Assembly (NCBI GenBank): GCA_036522875.1
Contig: DATDEZ010000102.1
Coordinates: forward strand, 797-64,796
Direction: 5' to 3'
Length of the DNA: 64,000 bases
From: Gemmatimonadales bacterium
GTDB lineage: Bacteria; Gemmatimonadota; Gemmatimonadetes; Gemmatimonadales; GWC2-71-9
How positions within the stretch are numbered: the stretch's first letter is position 1; each line of letters opens with the position of its first letter. Shown piece by piece: positions 48,105 to 56,620 of the stretch. The position numbers and the translations under genes are program-made. The notes under the pieces are model-generated. The model saw only the letters and a program-made list of their open reading frames with translations, was not told the DNA's origin and did no database searches.

Positions 48105-49525
48105 TGCCCGGGCTGGTAGATCCAGAAGGGACGTCCCAGCCGCCGGCCGGTCGCTTCCGCTTGCTCGCGCGTCGCGTATGGACCGAGCACGACGCGGTAG
48201 CCGTCGTCGGGATGCTGGGGCGGCAACACTCGCGCGGCCAATCCGGCGCGCGTCAAATCGTCGGCGAGATGGCCGGACCATTCCGGATTCTGCGACGTGG
48301 AGACCTGCACGTAGAGCGGGCCTTCCGCACCGGCGCCGGCGCTGTCGGCCGCGGCCGTGCTGGCGACGCTGGACGGCACGCCGCGCGGCAGCCACGTCGT
48401 GAGCACCCACAGATCCGCGGCGCCGTTCGTGACCTTGCCGATGTCGTTCAAGGAATCCGGTCGCGCGGAGATCACGTCGTTGCCGCGGCGATAGATCAGC
48501 ATGCCGTCGGGCGAGATGGTCGGCAGATCGGATTCCCACGCGGTCGGAATGATTCCCGTAAGCCGCTTGATCGGCAGATCGACGATCCACGCCGAGTCTC
48601 CGACGGCCGGACGCGCGAGCAGCCAGCGCCCGAGCGGATCGAGCCGGAGCGCGGCGACGGGTCCGGGCAGCGCGACGCCATCCAGCTCTTTGCGCTCGAA
48701 GCGGTCGATGACCGCGAGACCCGGCGCGCTGCGGCGCGCGACATAGATGCGATGACCGGACGGCGAGAACGCGAGCGCGCGCGGCGCATCGCCCAGGCGA
48801 ACGAACGCGGGCTCGCGCCGTCCGACCGGATCGTACAACGTCACCCCGGAGTCGCTGGCGACGGCCACCAGGTCGCCCCACCGCGACGCCGCGACGTCCC
48901 CGCCCGTCGCGATCGGATGGATCGTCGCCGGTTGATTGGCGGCCGCGACGAGCAGCTTGTCCTGGGGGATGACGCCGACGAGATGTTGATCCGCCCCGCC
49001 AAAGAGATCGCGCGGCATCGCCGTCAGTGCCTGCGGCCACGCGAATCGCGTGCGGCGCGAGAGCGAAATGACGTGCCGCAGCGAGTCGACCGCGTAGAGC
49101 GTTCCATCGGGACCCAGCGCCGCCTGCCGGACGTTCGCCGCGACGGTATCGACGCGCCCGCTGCCGAGATCGAGCGAGAGCAGATCGCGCTTCGCGGTCG
49201 TGACGAACAGAAACTCTGACTCGGGGTCGAGTCCGACCACGCGATCGACGGCGGGTAACTTGCCCTTCAGCACGCCCTCGACCGCGGTCAGGCGCGGGAG
49301 GCGGTACAACATCGGCGTCCCGCCTTTGGCCGGCAGGCGGATGGCGACGCCGGGTGTGCGGGCCTGGATCTGAGCTTGGCTAACCTGGTGCGGCGTCTGG
49401 GGTTGCGAGGATACGACTCCCGGCGCGCGGGATCCACAGCCCCACAGCGCTGCGGCGGCGAACAGAAGGAAGCGGGTGTTAGGCAAGTGGCCTCGCCGGA
49501 CAAAATAGACAACCGGCGAGGCCAT
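48101..49525 (-). CDS. Lipoprotein with beta-propeller-like repeats and a C-terminal SPOR domain
   Basis: Lipobox-like LWGC. Repeated ...DG.LY../..SPSGHRIYVA..-type blades. C-terminal PLYVQVSTSQNPEWSGHLADDL...YRVVLGPYATREQAEATGRRL is SPOR-like. Confidence 0.6.
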   Translation of the reverse strand: MASPVVYFVRRGHLPNTRFLLFAAAALWGCGSRAPGVVSSQPQTPHQVSQAQIQARTPGVAIRLPAKGGTPMLYRLPRLTAVEGVLKGKLPAVDRVVGLDPESEFLFVTTAKRDLLSLDLGSGRVDTVAANVRQAALGPDGTLYAVDSLRHVISLSRRTRFAWPQALTAMPRDLFGGADQHLVGVIPQDKLLVAAANQPATIHPIATGGDVAASRWGDLVAVASDSGVTLYDPVGRREPAFVRLGDAPRALAFSPSGHRIYVARRSAPGLAVIDRFERKELDGVALPGPVAALRLDPLGRWLLARPAVGDSAWIVDLPIKRLTGIIPTAWESDLPTISPDGMLIYRRGNDVISARPDSLNDIGKVTNGAADLWVLTTWLPRGVPSSVASTAAADSAGAGAEGPLYVQVSTSQNPEWSGHLADDLTRAGLAARVLPPQHPDDGYRVVLGPYATREQAEATGRRLGRPFWIYQPGQ

Positions 49526-49549
49526 TGCAAGTGTTTTAGCGAAGCGGAG

Positions 49550-52500
49550 TTAGAACGTCGGACCTAAACTGATGGTCCAATAGGACCGCTTGTGGGGCCG
49601 GTCGAGCGGCTTCGTGTAATCGAGCCGCATGATCATGAGTCCAAAAACGTTGGCCCGGATCGAGCCGCCCCAGCTGCGCAGCGGCGTCCGGACCAGCTCC
49701 GGATCCTCGCTCGCGCCGCGATTCCACTTCACGATGCTGTTGTCATTCCACGCCATGCCGATGTCGTAGAACAGGGCGCCCTCGATCGGGGGGAAGCCGA
49801 CGGGCAGGAATCCGAGCACGAGGCTGCGCGTGAGCGGGAAACGGAGCTCGACGTTGCCGACCGCGATCTTCGAACCGATCAGCTGATCGAGCTGCGCGCA
49901 CGATCCGGTAGTCGTGTTTCCCGGATCGGCGACGCACTCGTTGTTGCGGATCGAGCCGGCCGTGTAGCCGCGAATCAACTCCGTGCTGCCCAGGAACACG
50001 GGGAAGCGATCGGCGTCGCGCCCGAAGCGACCGAACATGAAACCGCGGAACGCGAGCGTGAAGGGCCGCGCGAACAGGTAGCGGCGATAGTCGACGAGCC
50101 CGGCCGTGAATTTCCACGAGCCGATCGCCGGCGACACCGACAGGCGCGAGCGGCTGCCGGCAAACGGGCCGACCCAGCCGAACAGCGTGTTGTCGTGCAC
50201 GTGCGCGATCGACGGCTGGATGTACGATGACGACGGTCCGCTGCCCGTGACGAGCCGCTCGTCGATCGGCACAGAAACGAGTTGACCGGTCGCCGTCGTG
50301 TCGGTCCGGTACAGCGTCTGCAGCGCGAGCGTTGCCTCGGCGATGTCCACGGCGTGGAAGCCGAGCTCGACGCGGTTGAAGCGGCTGAACGGATACGAGG
50401 ACTCGATGAACGCATCGCGAACCACGAACCGACGGATGCGCGTCGAGAACACGTCGAGGGTGTCGCCCGGGCTGTTCGGATCTTCGGCCCGCGTCCAGTC
50501 ACTGCCGCCGTAGAAGTACAACGGATCTTGCGAAAAGCCGCTCGCCCAATTCAGTCGATGCGTCTGGTTGACGTAGACGCCGAGGATCTGCGCCTCGCTG
50601 ATGCGACCGTTGATCGAGCCCGCGAGCAGGAGCGAGTGGTTGCCGAGGATGTCGGACAGGGCGATCGCGGTCCCACCGAAAAATCCGCGGCCGAAGTTGT
50701 CGCGCTCATAGCCGACGGTCGGGCGCACGACGTAATCGGCGGTGAACCGCACGCGGTACGGCTTGAATGAAAACTCCGCGGTGTCCGGCAACGCGAGCGA
50801 TGCCGAATCGAGCAGCTGGCGCACCGTCACGGCCGGCGCGACGGCGGACGACTCGGCCGGAGCCGGGGAGGCGGACGGCCGGAATCCCTCGGCGGACCGG
50901 TAGAACGAGGCGGACTGACCGCCGTTCGCGACTGCCGCGGCACCCGCGGCCGTCGCCGCCACGGTTCCCGTGCCGGCGGGCAGCGGCAGCAGCGTGTCTC
51001 GCGCTTCCGCTTCGAGCAGCGTGACCACCGGAGCCGTGTTCGGGCCGCGATAGGGCGCGCGCTTCAGCGAGCGCGGGTTCTCCAGCGAGTAGACGCTGTA
51101 CTGGCCGTCCTCGTAATAGACGAACGCCATGCGATCGGCCTGCGGCGCCCAGCTCAACACGGGGGACAGCGGCGTGATGCCCTGAACGCCGGTGAACATG
51201 TTGGTGAGCTGATAGATCTCGCTGTCGGCGAAATCGTACAGGAAGACGTTGGCGACGCCCGTGCGATCGGAGACGAACGCCAGCGACTTCCCGTCGGGTG
51301 CCCAGACCGGATTGATGTTCTTCCCGACTTCCATGTGACCGAGCAGCTCCATCGTGCCCGTGTCGAGATGGTACAGCGCGATCCGCAGATTGCCGAAGCG
51401 GAGCAGATCGAAGTCGGTTGCGCCGCCGCGATCGGTCACGAACGCGATCGTCTTGCCGTCGGGCGACCAGGCGGGGTGCAGGTCGGCGTACTTGTCGTTG
51501 GTCAGACGACGCATGCCCGTCCCGTCGCGATTGATCACGAACAGATCGGTGAAACCGTTGTGGAAGCCGGTGAACACGAGCTGCTGCCCATCCGGCGACC
51601 ACTGCGGCGTCTGCAGCCCCGAAAGGCCGACCTGAATGCGACGGTCCTCGCGGTTCTTCTTGACGTCGAGGATCACGAGGTCGTCACGATTCTTGCGCTT
51701 CGCGGCGATCGCGAAGTAGCGCCCGTCCGGCGAAAAGGCGCCCGCGGAGTTGATGAACCGCAGACTCTCATAATTGTTGTTGAGCGTGGACTTCACGAGC
51801 CGCTGCTTCACGCGTCCCGTTTCGGCGTCCGCGAGCCAGAGGTCGACGAAGAAGCCGCCTTGATCGCCGAAGAACGCGATGCTGCGGCCGTCCGGCGTCA
51901 GCGCGGGCGCGAGGAAGATCCGGCCGTTGGACCGCCGCCGCGTGAGCGTCGGCTGCGCGATGCGACGCGCGCGGTAGTGGTCGCCGAGCTGCGGCAGGAA
52001 GGTCGTCTGGATCGCGTCACGCCAGTCGTCCGAGAGCTGCTCGAGCGTGCGGCCCGTGGCGTGCTTGAAGGCCGGCTCGATGCCGGAGGTCACCGAGGTC
52101 TGCAGGATCTCGCCGATGACGTCGTCGCCCCACTTTTCGCCGATGTAGGCCCACAACCCGTGACCGAAGCGGTAGGGGAAAATGCTCGGGTCGTCCGTCA
52201 TCTCTTCGATCGACGGCAGATGCCCCTCGAGCGCGGCATCGCGCAGCCACATCGCCGTTTCGGGATTGATGGGGCCAAGCGACAGATACTCCGCCATTCC
52301 TTCCATGAACCACAGCGGCGGATTCACGTTGACGAGCGTCTGCACGCCTGCACCGGGATGGCCGCGGCTGAACACGTCGTACTGGAATTGGTGCACCATC
52401 TCGTGCTGCAGGACGTGCTCGAACTCGGCGTAGGAGCCGGTGAACGGCATCACGGCGCGATGCTTGTAGAACTCCGTGACGCCGCCCAGACCTTCGCCCG

Positions 52501-52813
52501 ACGCGTCCACGACGTTGGTCTGCTGAAAGTCGGACTGCGAGGCGTACAGGATGATCGGCTTCCGGCTCTGGAACTGGTGGTGCAGGATGCGCGAGAGCCG
52601 CGCATAGGCGCGCTCGGCCATGCGCGCTGCGTCGAGCGCGCCGCCGCGCTCGTCGGGATAATAGTAGATGTCGAAGTGCTCGGTCTGAATCGTCTCGAAC
52701 TTGAAGTTCGTGTACTGAACCTTGTTCTGACCGAAGTACTGCGCGGCGAGTGGCGGTGCCGCGAGCAGGGCGAGCGCGGCGAACAGCGTCGAACGAGTCA
52801 TGGTGCGTTCCAT
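49550..52813 (-). CDS. 1087-aa outer-membrane protein: N-terminal HExxH (MA-clan-like) domain, PD40/TolB-like beta-propeller repeats, C-terminal Omp85/D15-type beta-barrel
   Basis: Signal peptide ...LAAPPLAAQ. HEMVHQF. Repeated PD40-like units (FSPDGRYFA, WSPDGQQLVF, WSPDGKTIAF, WAPDGKSLAF). C-terminal surface-antigen barrel (LIRGY..., VELRFPL, ALFYDIGMAW, ends ...ISLGPTF). Confidence 0.7.
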   Translation of the reverse strand: MERTMTRSTLFAALALLAAPPLAAQYFGQNKVQYTNFKFETIQTEHFDIYYYPDERGGALDAARMAERAYARLSRILHHQFQSRKPIILYASQSDFQQTNVVDASGEGLGGVTEFYKHRAVMPFTGSYAEFEHVLQHEMVHQFQYDVFSRGHPGAGVQTLVNVNPPLWFMEGMAEYLSLGPINPETAMWLRDAALEGHLPSIEEMTDDPSIFPYRFGHGLWAYIGEKWGDDVIGEILQTSVTSGIEPAFKHATGRTLEQLSDDWRDAIQTTFLPQLGDHYRARRIAQPTLTRRRSNGRIFLAPALTPDGRSIAFFGDQGGFFVDLWLADAETGRVKQRLVKSTLNNNYESLRFINSAGAFSPDGRYFAIAAKRKNRDDLVILDVKKNREDRRIQVGLSGLQTPQWSPDGQQLVFTGFHNGFTDLFVINRDGTGMRRLTNDKYADLHPAWSPDGKTIAFVTDRGGATDFDLLRFGNLRIALYHLDTGTMELLGHMEVGKNINPVWAPDGKSLAFVSDRTGVANVFLYDFADSEIYQLTNMFTGVQGITPLSPVLSWAPQADRMAFVYYEDGQYSVYSLENPRSLKRAPYRGPNTAPVVTLLEAEARDTLLPLPAGTGTVAATAAGAAAVANGGQSASFYRSAEGFRPSASPAPAESSAVAPAVTVRQLLDSASLALPDTAEFSFKPYRVRFTADYVVRPTVGYERDNFGRGFFGGTAIALSDILGNHSLLLAGSINGRISEAQILGVYVNQTHRLNWASGFSQDPLYFYGGSDWTRAEDPNSPGDTLDVFSTRIRRFVVRDAFIESSYPFSRFNRVELGFHAVDIAEATLALQTLYRTDTTATGQLVSVPIDERLVTGSGPSSSYIQPSIAHVHDNTLFGWVGPFAGSRSRLSVSPAIGSWKFTAGLVDYRRYLFARPFTLAFRGFMFGRFGRDADRFPVFLGSTELIRGYTAGSIRNNECVADPGNTTTGSCAQLDQLIGSKIAVGNVELRFPLTRSLVLGFLPVGFPPIEGALFYDIGMAWNDNSIVKWNRGASEDPELVRTPLRSWGGSIRANVFGLMIMRLDYTKPLDRPHKRSYWTISLGPTF

Positions 52814-52819
52814 ACCTCC

Positions 52820-53164
52820 CTAGCCTTTCGAGTCTCCAGCGACCACGGGAGCGTCCCCCCACAAGCGCTCGAGCTGGTAGAACTCCCTGAGCTCCGGATG
52901 AAACACGTGCACCACGAAATCCACGTAGTCGAGCAAGACCCAGCGTCCCTGCGCGAGCCCTTCGACATGATGCGGCTCGATGCCCTCCGGCGCGAGCGCG
53001 GCGACGAGATGATCCGCCATGCCGCGCACGTGCGCGTCCGACGTGCCCGAGACGATGACGAAATAGTCGGTGGCCGAGCACAGGCCGCGTAGATCCAATA
53101 CTACCGGATCTACGGCCTTGCGGTCCATCAACGCGTTCACAACCTGTGAGAGCTCAGTCTTCAT
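52820..53164 (-). CDS. rsfS: Ribosome silencing factor RsfS (Iojap family)
   Basis: DPVVLDLRGLCSATDYFVIVSGTSDAHVRG...WVLLDYVDFVVHVF...YQLERLW. Confidence 0.9.
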   Translation of the reverse strand: MKTELSQVVNALMDRKAVDPVVLDLRGLCSATDYFVIVSGTSDAHVRGMADHLVAALAPEGIEPHHVEGLAQGRWVLLDYVDFVVHVFHPELREFYQLERLWGDAPVVAGDSKG

Positions 53165-54953
53165 TCTGGAAGAACACCCCCCAGGCGCCGATGCCGGCGT
53201 GCGCGGCGATCACCGGAGTGATCGGGGTCACCAAACACTGTATGGGTCGGTAGCGCGACACGAGCTCAACGCGCAACGCTTCCGCGAATTCCGGGATGTC
53301 GCCGTGCACGACGCCCATGCGGAGGGCGCGCGGCCGCGGCGTGAGGGCCTTGTCGAGCAGCTCGAGGACGCGGCGCCGGGCCGCCTCACGGCCGCGCGAG
53401 CGCCCCACGGGCTCGATCTTACCTTCCATAGTAAGCGCCATGATGGGTTTGAGATTGAGCTTCGTGCCCAGCCAGGCCTTGCCGCGGCCCACCCGTCCGG
53501 AGCGGACCAGCCGCTCGAAGTTGTCCACCGTAAAGAAGCCTCCCGACTGCCCGCGCACCCGCTCGAGCTCGCGTACGATCGCCGCGCGCTCCCATCCGGC
53601 TGCAGCAAGCTCTACGCCACGTATCACGAGGAAACCTTCGCCGAGCGAGGCGCTGCGACTGTCGACGACGGTCACGCGCGTGGCGTCGAAGCGCTTCGCG
53701 GCGGCTTCGGCATTGCCGTGCGTGCCCGACAGCGCGCTCGACACGACCACGGCAATCACATGCTCCCCGGCGCGTGCCGCATCCTGGTACGCGTCGGTGA
53801 AGGCCTGCGGCGTCGGCTGCGAGGTGCCGGCGTCGAGACCGGCGCGCATGCGGCGGAAGAACTCGCCCGCGGAGAGCTCCAACCGGTCGCGGTAGGCGCG
53901 GTCGTCCACGATCAGCTGCATCGGCACGAGCCCGACGTCGTACTGGAGCACCAGCTCGTCGGGCAGGTCGCAGGCGGTATCGCTCACGAACGCGATCGGC
54001 CGGCGGGTCTGGAGCGCCTGGTGCTGGGCGCGCATGTCGTCGGCCTTGGTCGATTCGAGCGCGCCCCACGTCGCGGCGAGCTGAAAGACGGCGTCGGGAG
54101 CATCCGTATGGACGTGCGCCTTGAGCAGGTCGCCGGTCGACAGCACGACGATCGAGCCGCCGTGCGCGCGCAGCGCGCGACGGACGTCGGCCGCGTCGGG
54201 CAGCGACGGGGAGCGGACCATCAGCTCGGTGCAGTAGTGGTAATCGCGGTCGGCTTCGACGTCGGTCTGGGCGGCCGCGTTGGATGCCGCGCCCATCCGG
54301 TCCACGGCGCCCTCGGCGATCTGTCCTTCTTCGATGAGGCGTTTGACGCCGTCGAGCAGCCGGACGAAGCCTTTCGCGCCGGCATCCACGACGCCCGCGC
54401 TCTTCAGCGCGGCGAGCAGCTCCGGTGTGCGCGCGAGGGCTGCTTCGGCGCGCGTGACGATGCGACTCATGAAGACGCGCAGGTCCGACTCGCCGCGGGC
54501 ATGGCCCGCTTCCTCGGCGGCCTCGCGCGCCACGGTGAGGATCGTGCCCTCCACCGGCTCATCCAGCGAGGAGCGCAGTCGCTCGAAGCCGATGCCGATC
54601 GATGCGGCGAGCTCGCGGGCGTCGATGCGCAGCCGCTGGCCGATGCCCTCGCGGAATCCGAGGAGGAACTGCGACAGCATCATCCCGGAGTTGCCGCGGG
54701 CGCCGCGCACGCTCGCCTGGGCCATCGTTTCCGCGACGTAGGGCAGGGGCAGCGAGGCGTCACCGTCGCCGAGATCGCGCAGCGCGCCGGCGACCGCGCG
54801 CAGGGTGAGCCACATGTTCGTCCCCGTGTCGCCGTCGGGGACGGGAAAGACGTTGATCCGATTCAACTCGTCGCGGCCGGCCGCCACCCAGTCCGCCGCG
54901 GCCAGCAGCGAGCGGCGGAAGCGCGACCCGTCGACGTACGCGATCGCGACGAT
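53154..54953 (-). CDS. Fusion protein: FakA/YloV-type DhaL (DAK2) domain plus central domain fused to a bona fide DegV (FakB-like) fatty-acid-binding domain
   Basis: N-terminal half: NVFPVPDGDTGTNM, ARGNSGMMLSQF, YHYCTEL, KAHVHT. C-terminal half: IAFVSDTACDLP, GTSQPTP, SSALSGTHGNA, VVDSRSASLGEG, RVGRGKAWLGTKLNLKPI. The first canonical start is GTG 54887, but the homology (VDGSRFRRSLLAAADWV) extends to ATC 54953, which follows an AAGGAG SD. Confidence 0.75.
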   Translation of the reverse strand: MVAIAYVDGSRFRRSLLAAADWVAAGRDELNRINVFPVPDGDTGTNMWLTLRAVAGALRDLGDGDASLPLPYVAETMAQASVRGARGNSGMMLSQFLLGFREGIGQRLRIDARELAASIGIGFERLRSSLDEPVEGTILTVAREAAEEAGHARGESDLRVFMSRIVTRAEAALARTPELLAALKSAGVVDAGAKGFVRLLDGVKRLIEEGQIAEGAVDRMGAASNAAAQTDVEADRDYHYCTELMVRSPSLPDAADVRRALRAHGGSIVVLSTGDLLKAHVHTDAPDAVFQLAATWGALESTKADDMRAQHQALQTRRPIAFVSDTACDLPDELVLQYDVGLVPMQLIVDDRAYRDRLELSAGEFFRRMRAGLDAGTSQPTPQAFTDAYQDAARAGEHVIAVVVSSALSGTHGNAEAAAKRFDATRVTVVDSRSASLGEGFLVIRGVELAAAGWERAAIVRELERVRGQSGGFFTVDNFERLVRSGRVGRGKAWLGTKLNLKPIMALTMEGKIEPVGRSRGREAARRRVLELLDKALTPRPRALRMGVVHGDIPEFAEALRVELVSRYRPIQCLVTPITPVIAAHAGIGAWGVFFQNED

Positions 54954-54955
54954 CG

Positions 54956-55399
54956 TTACTCCTTCACCACCGTGACGCGCACTTCGGGCCGAACCTCGGG
55001 GTGAATCTTGATGCCCACCTGGAAGTCGCCCAGCTCACGGATCGGCTCGTGCAGATCGATCTTGCGCTTGTCGACGTGGATGCCGAGCTCCTCGAGCTTG
55101 CGCTGGATGTCGCTCGCGGTGATCGAACCGTAGAGCTTCTCCTCTTCGCCGACTTTCACCGCAAAGGTGAGGTGCACCTCGGCCAGCCGCGTCGCCTCGC
55201 CCTCGGCGGCGGTCTTCTCGGCGGCGAGCTGCTTGGAGATCCGCTCGCCCTCAAAGGCGATTTTCTTCTTGTTCGCGTCGGTCGCGGGATAGGCCAGGCC
55301 CTTGGGCAACAAATAATTGCGGGCGTAGCCGTCTTTCACCTTGACGACGTCGCCGATCTTGCCCAGGTGCTGTACATCCGCGCGTAGAATGATTTCCAT
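54956..55399 (-). CDS. rplI: 50S ribosomal protein L9
   Basis: MEIILRADVQHLGKIGDVVKVKDGYARNYLLPKGLA. ATG 55399 is 5 nt after a GAGGAG SD; the ORF track start is GTG 55405. Confidence 0.95.
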   Translation of the reverse strand: MEIILRADVQHLGKIGDVVKVKDGYARNYLLPKGLAYPATDANKKKIAFEGERISKQLAAEKTAAEGEATRLAEVHLTFAVKVGEEEKLYGSITASDIQRKLEELGIHVDKRKIDLHEPIRELGDFQVGIKIHPEVRPEVRVTVVKE

Positions 55400-55417
55400 C
55401 GTCACTCCTCGCCCCGC

Positions 55418-56398
55418 TCAGGTTGTGTGTTGCCGCCGCTCGCGCGCTTCCGCGAGCCGGCGGCGGTACTGATACCACGTATCGGTGATGCCGAGCGTAC
55501 AGAGGCCCGGCAGGATGAAGATCAACGGCACCGCGAGTGCCGCGGCGGCCGCCGCCGCGATCACCAGCGCCAGCGCCGATAGCCCGAACGCCTCCGCGAA
55601 CGTCGCGACGATCGCGGCGCCGCGCAGCACGAACAGCGTCGCCGCGACGAGCCCGACGTTCGTTCCCGCCACGTGCAGCGCGCGCGACACGGGCAGAATC
55701 AAGACGCCGAGCCACGCCACGATGCCCCACACCCACGCGTCGCCCATGCAGAAGTCCCGGAAGCGAGCGAGCGGCTCGCCGAGCGGCAACGCGGTGAGCC
55801 GGAGGTGCAGCTGCCACGCGAGCGCCAGACCGGCGAGCGTTTGCAGCGCGAGCATGCCGGGCCAGGTCATGCTCAAGAACCGCACGATCGGCTCATACAG
55901 CGCGAACGTCGTCGCGACGGCCTGCGGCGGGCTGGCCTCGACCATGGTGCGGACGGCGAGACTCGTCTGCCGCAACGTCTCCCAGTTCAACGCGCCCCAG
56001 CCGTCCATGCCCCAGAACACTTGAATCAGCACCGCGGTCGCGATGCCGCCGATCGCGATCGACCGGATCGCGGTCCGCAGCAGCGGCGCGGGCTCGAGCA
56101 GCACGAGCCCGATGAACGCGGCGGTCACGAGCACGACGTAGGTCGCCGTCATCGCGCCGAGCCGGGTGCCGCTCGCGGCGGTGAGAAACAACAACGCCAG
56201 GCTCAACGCCGCGATCACGCCCGCGATGGGCTGCGTCTTGCCGCCGCGCGCGGTGTTTGCCGGCGCCAGCAGCAACAACGCCGCGCACGGCAAGCCGACG
56301 AGGCTCGGGTGCGCCCACAGCATGAAGGCAATCAGCGCGAGCGCGAGCCGCCACCACGAGCTGTGCGCCACGGCAGGAGTCGGCGCGGGAGCGGCCAC
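55418..56398 (-). CDS. Polytopic membrane protein, probably DUF2232/YybS-like
   Basis: About 9 hydrophobic segments. Its position between rpsR and rplI is the conserved location of YybS-type proteins. Sequence-level support is weak. Confidence 0.45.
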   Translation of the reverse strand: MAAPAPTPAVAHSSWWRLALALIAFMLWAHPSLVGLPCAALLLLAPANTARGGKTQPIAGVIAALSLALLFLTAASGTRLGAMTATYVVLVTAAFIGLVLLEPAPLLRTAIRSIAIGGIATAVLIQVFWGMDGWGALNWETLRQTSLAVRTMVEASPPQAVATTFALYEPIVRFLSMTWPGMLALQTLAGLALAWQLHLRLTALPLGEPLARFRDFCMGDAWVWGIVAWLGVLILPVSRALHVAGTNVGLVAATLFVLRGAAIVATFAEAFGLSALALVIAAAAAAALAVPLIFILPGLCTLGITDTWYQYRRRLAEARERRQHTT

Positions 56399-56620
56399 CT
56401 ACGCGGTGTGCCCCTTGATGTACGGAATGAGCGCCAGCTGTCGCGCGCGCTTGATCGCCGTCGCGAGCTGCCGCTGGTGACGCGCGCACATGCCCGACAA
56501 CCGGCTCGGCAAAATCTTGCCCCGCTCGGTGAGAAAGCGGCTCAGCGTCCGGTCGTCCTTGTAATCGAGCACGCGCGCGCCGGACTCGCACACGGGACAA
56601 GTCTTGGCGGGACGTCTCAC
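56399..56620 (-). CDS. rpsR: 30S ribosomal protein S18
   Basis: [53 protein letters not shown] start overlaps the rpsF TGA. Confidence 0.95.
   Translation of the reverse strand: MRRPAKTCPVCESGARVLDYKDDRTLSRFLTERGKILPSRLSGMCARHQRQLATAIKRARQLALIPYIKGHTA

Noticed and set aside
48105-49040. N-terminal 312-codon extension of ORF 46803..49040, and similar long extensions of the S8 peptidase (43328-43993) and smc (46807-47112) ORFs
   Set aside because: The extensions overlap the upstream genes in another frame and are Arg/Gly/Ala-rich. Internal GTG/ATG starts that overlap the upstream stop codons and give proper N-termini (signal peptide, SMC Walker A) are far more plausible.
51335-55004. 585-aa and 644-aa plus-strand ORFs
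   Set aside because: They are antisense to the giant OMP, rsfS and the DhaL-DegV gene, all of which have strong family signatures. These ORFs are low-complexity shadows.
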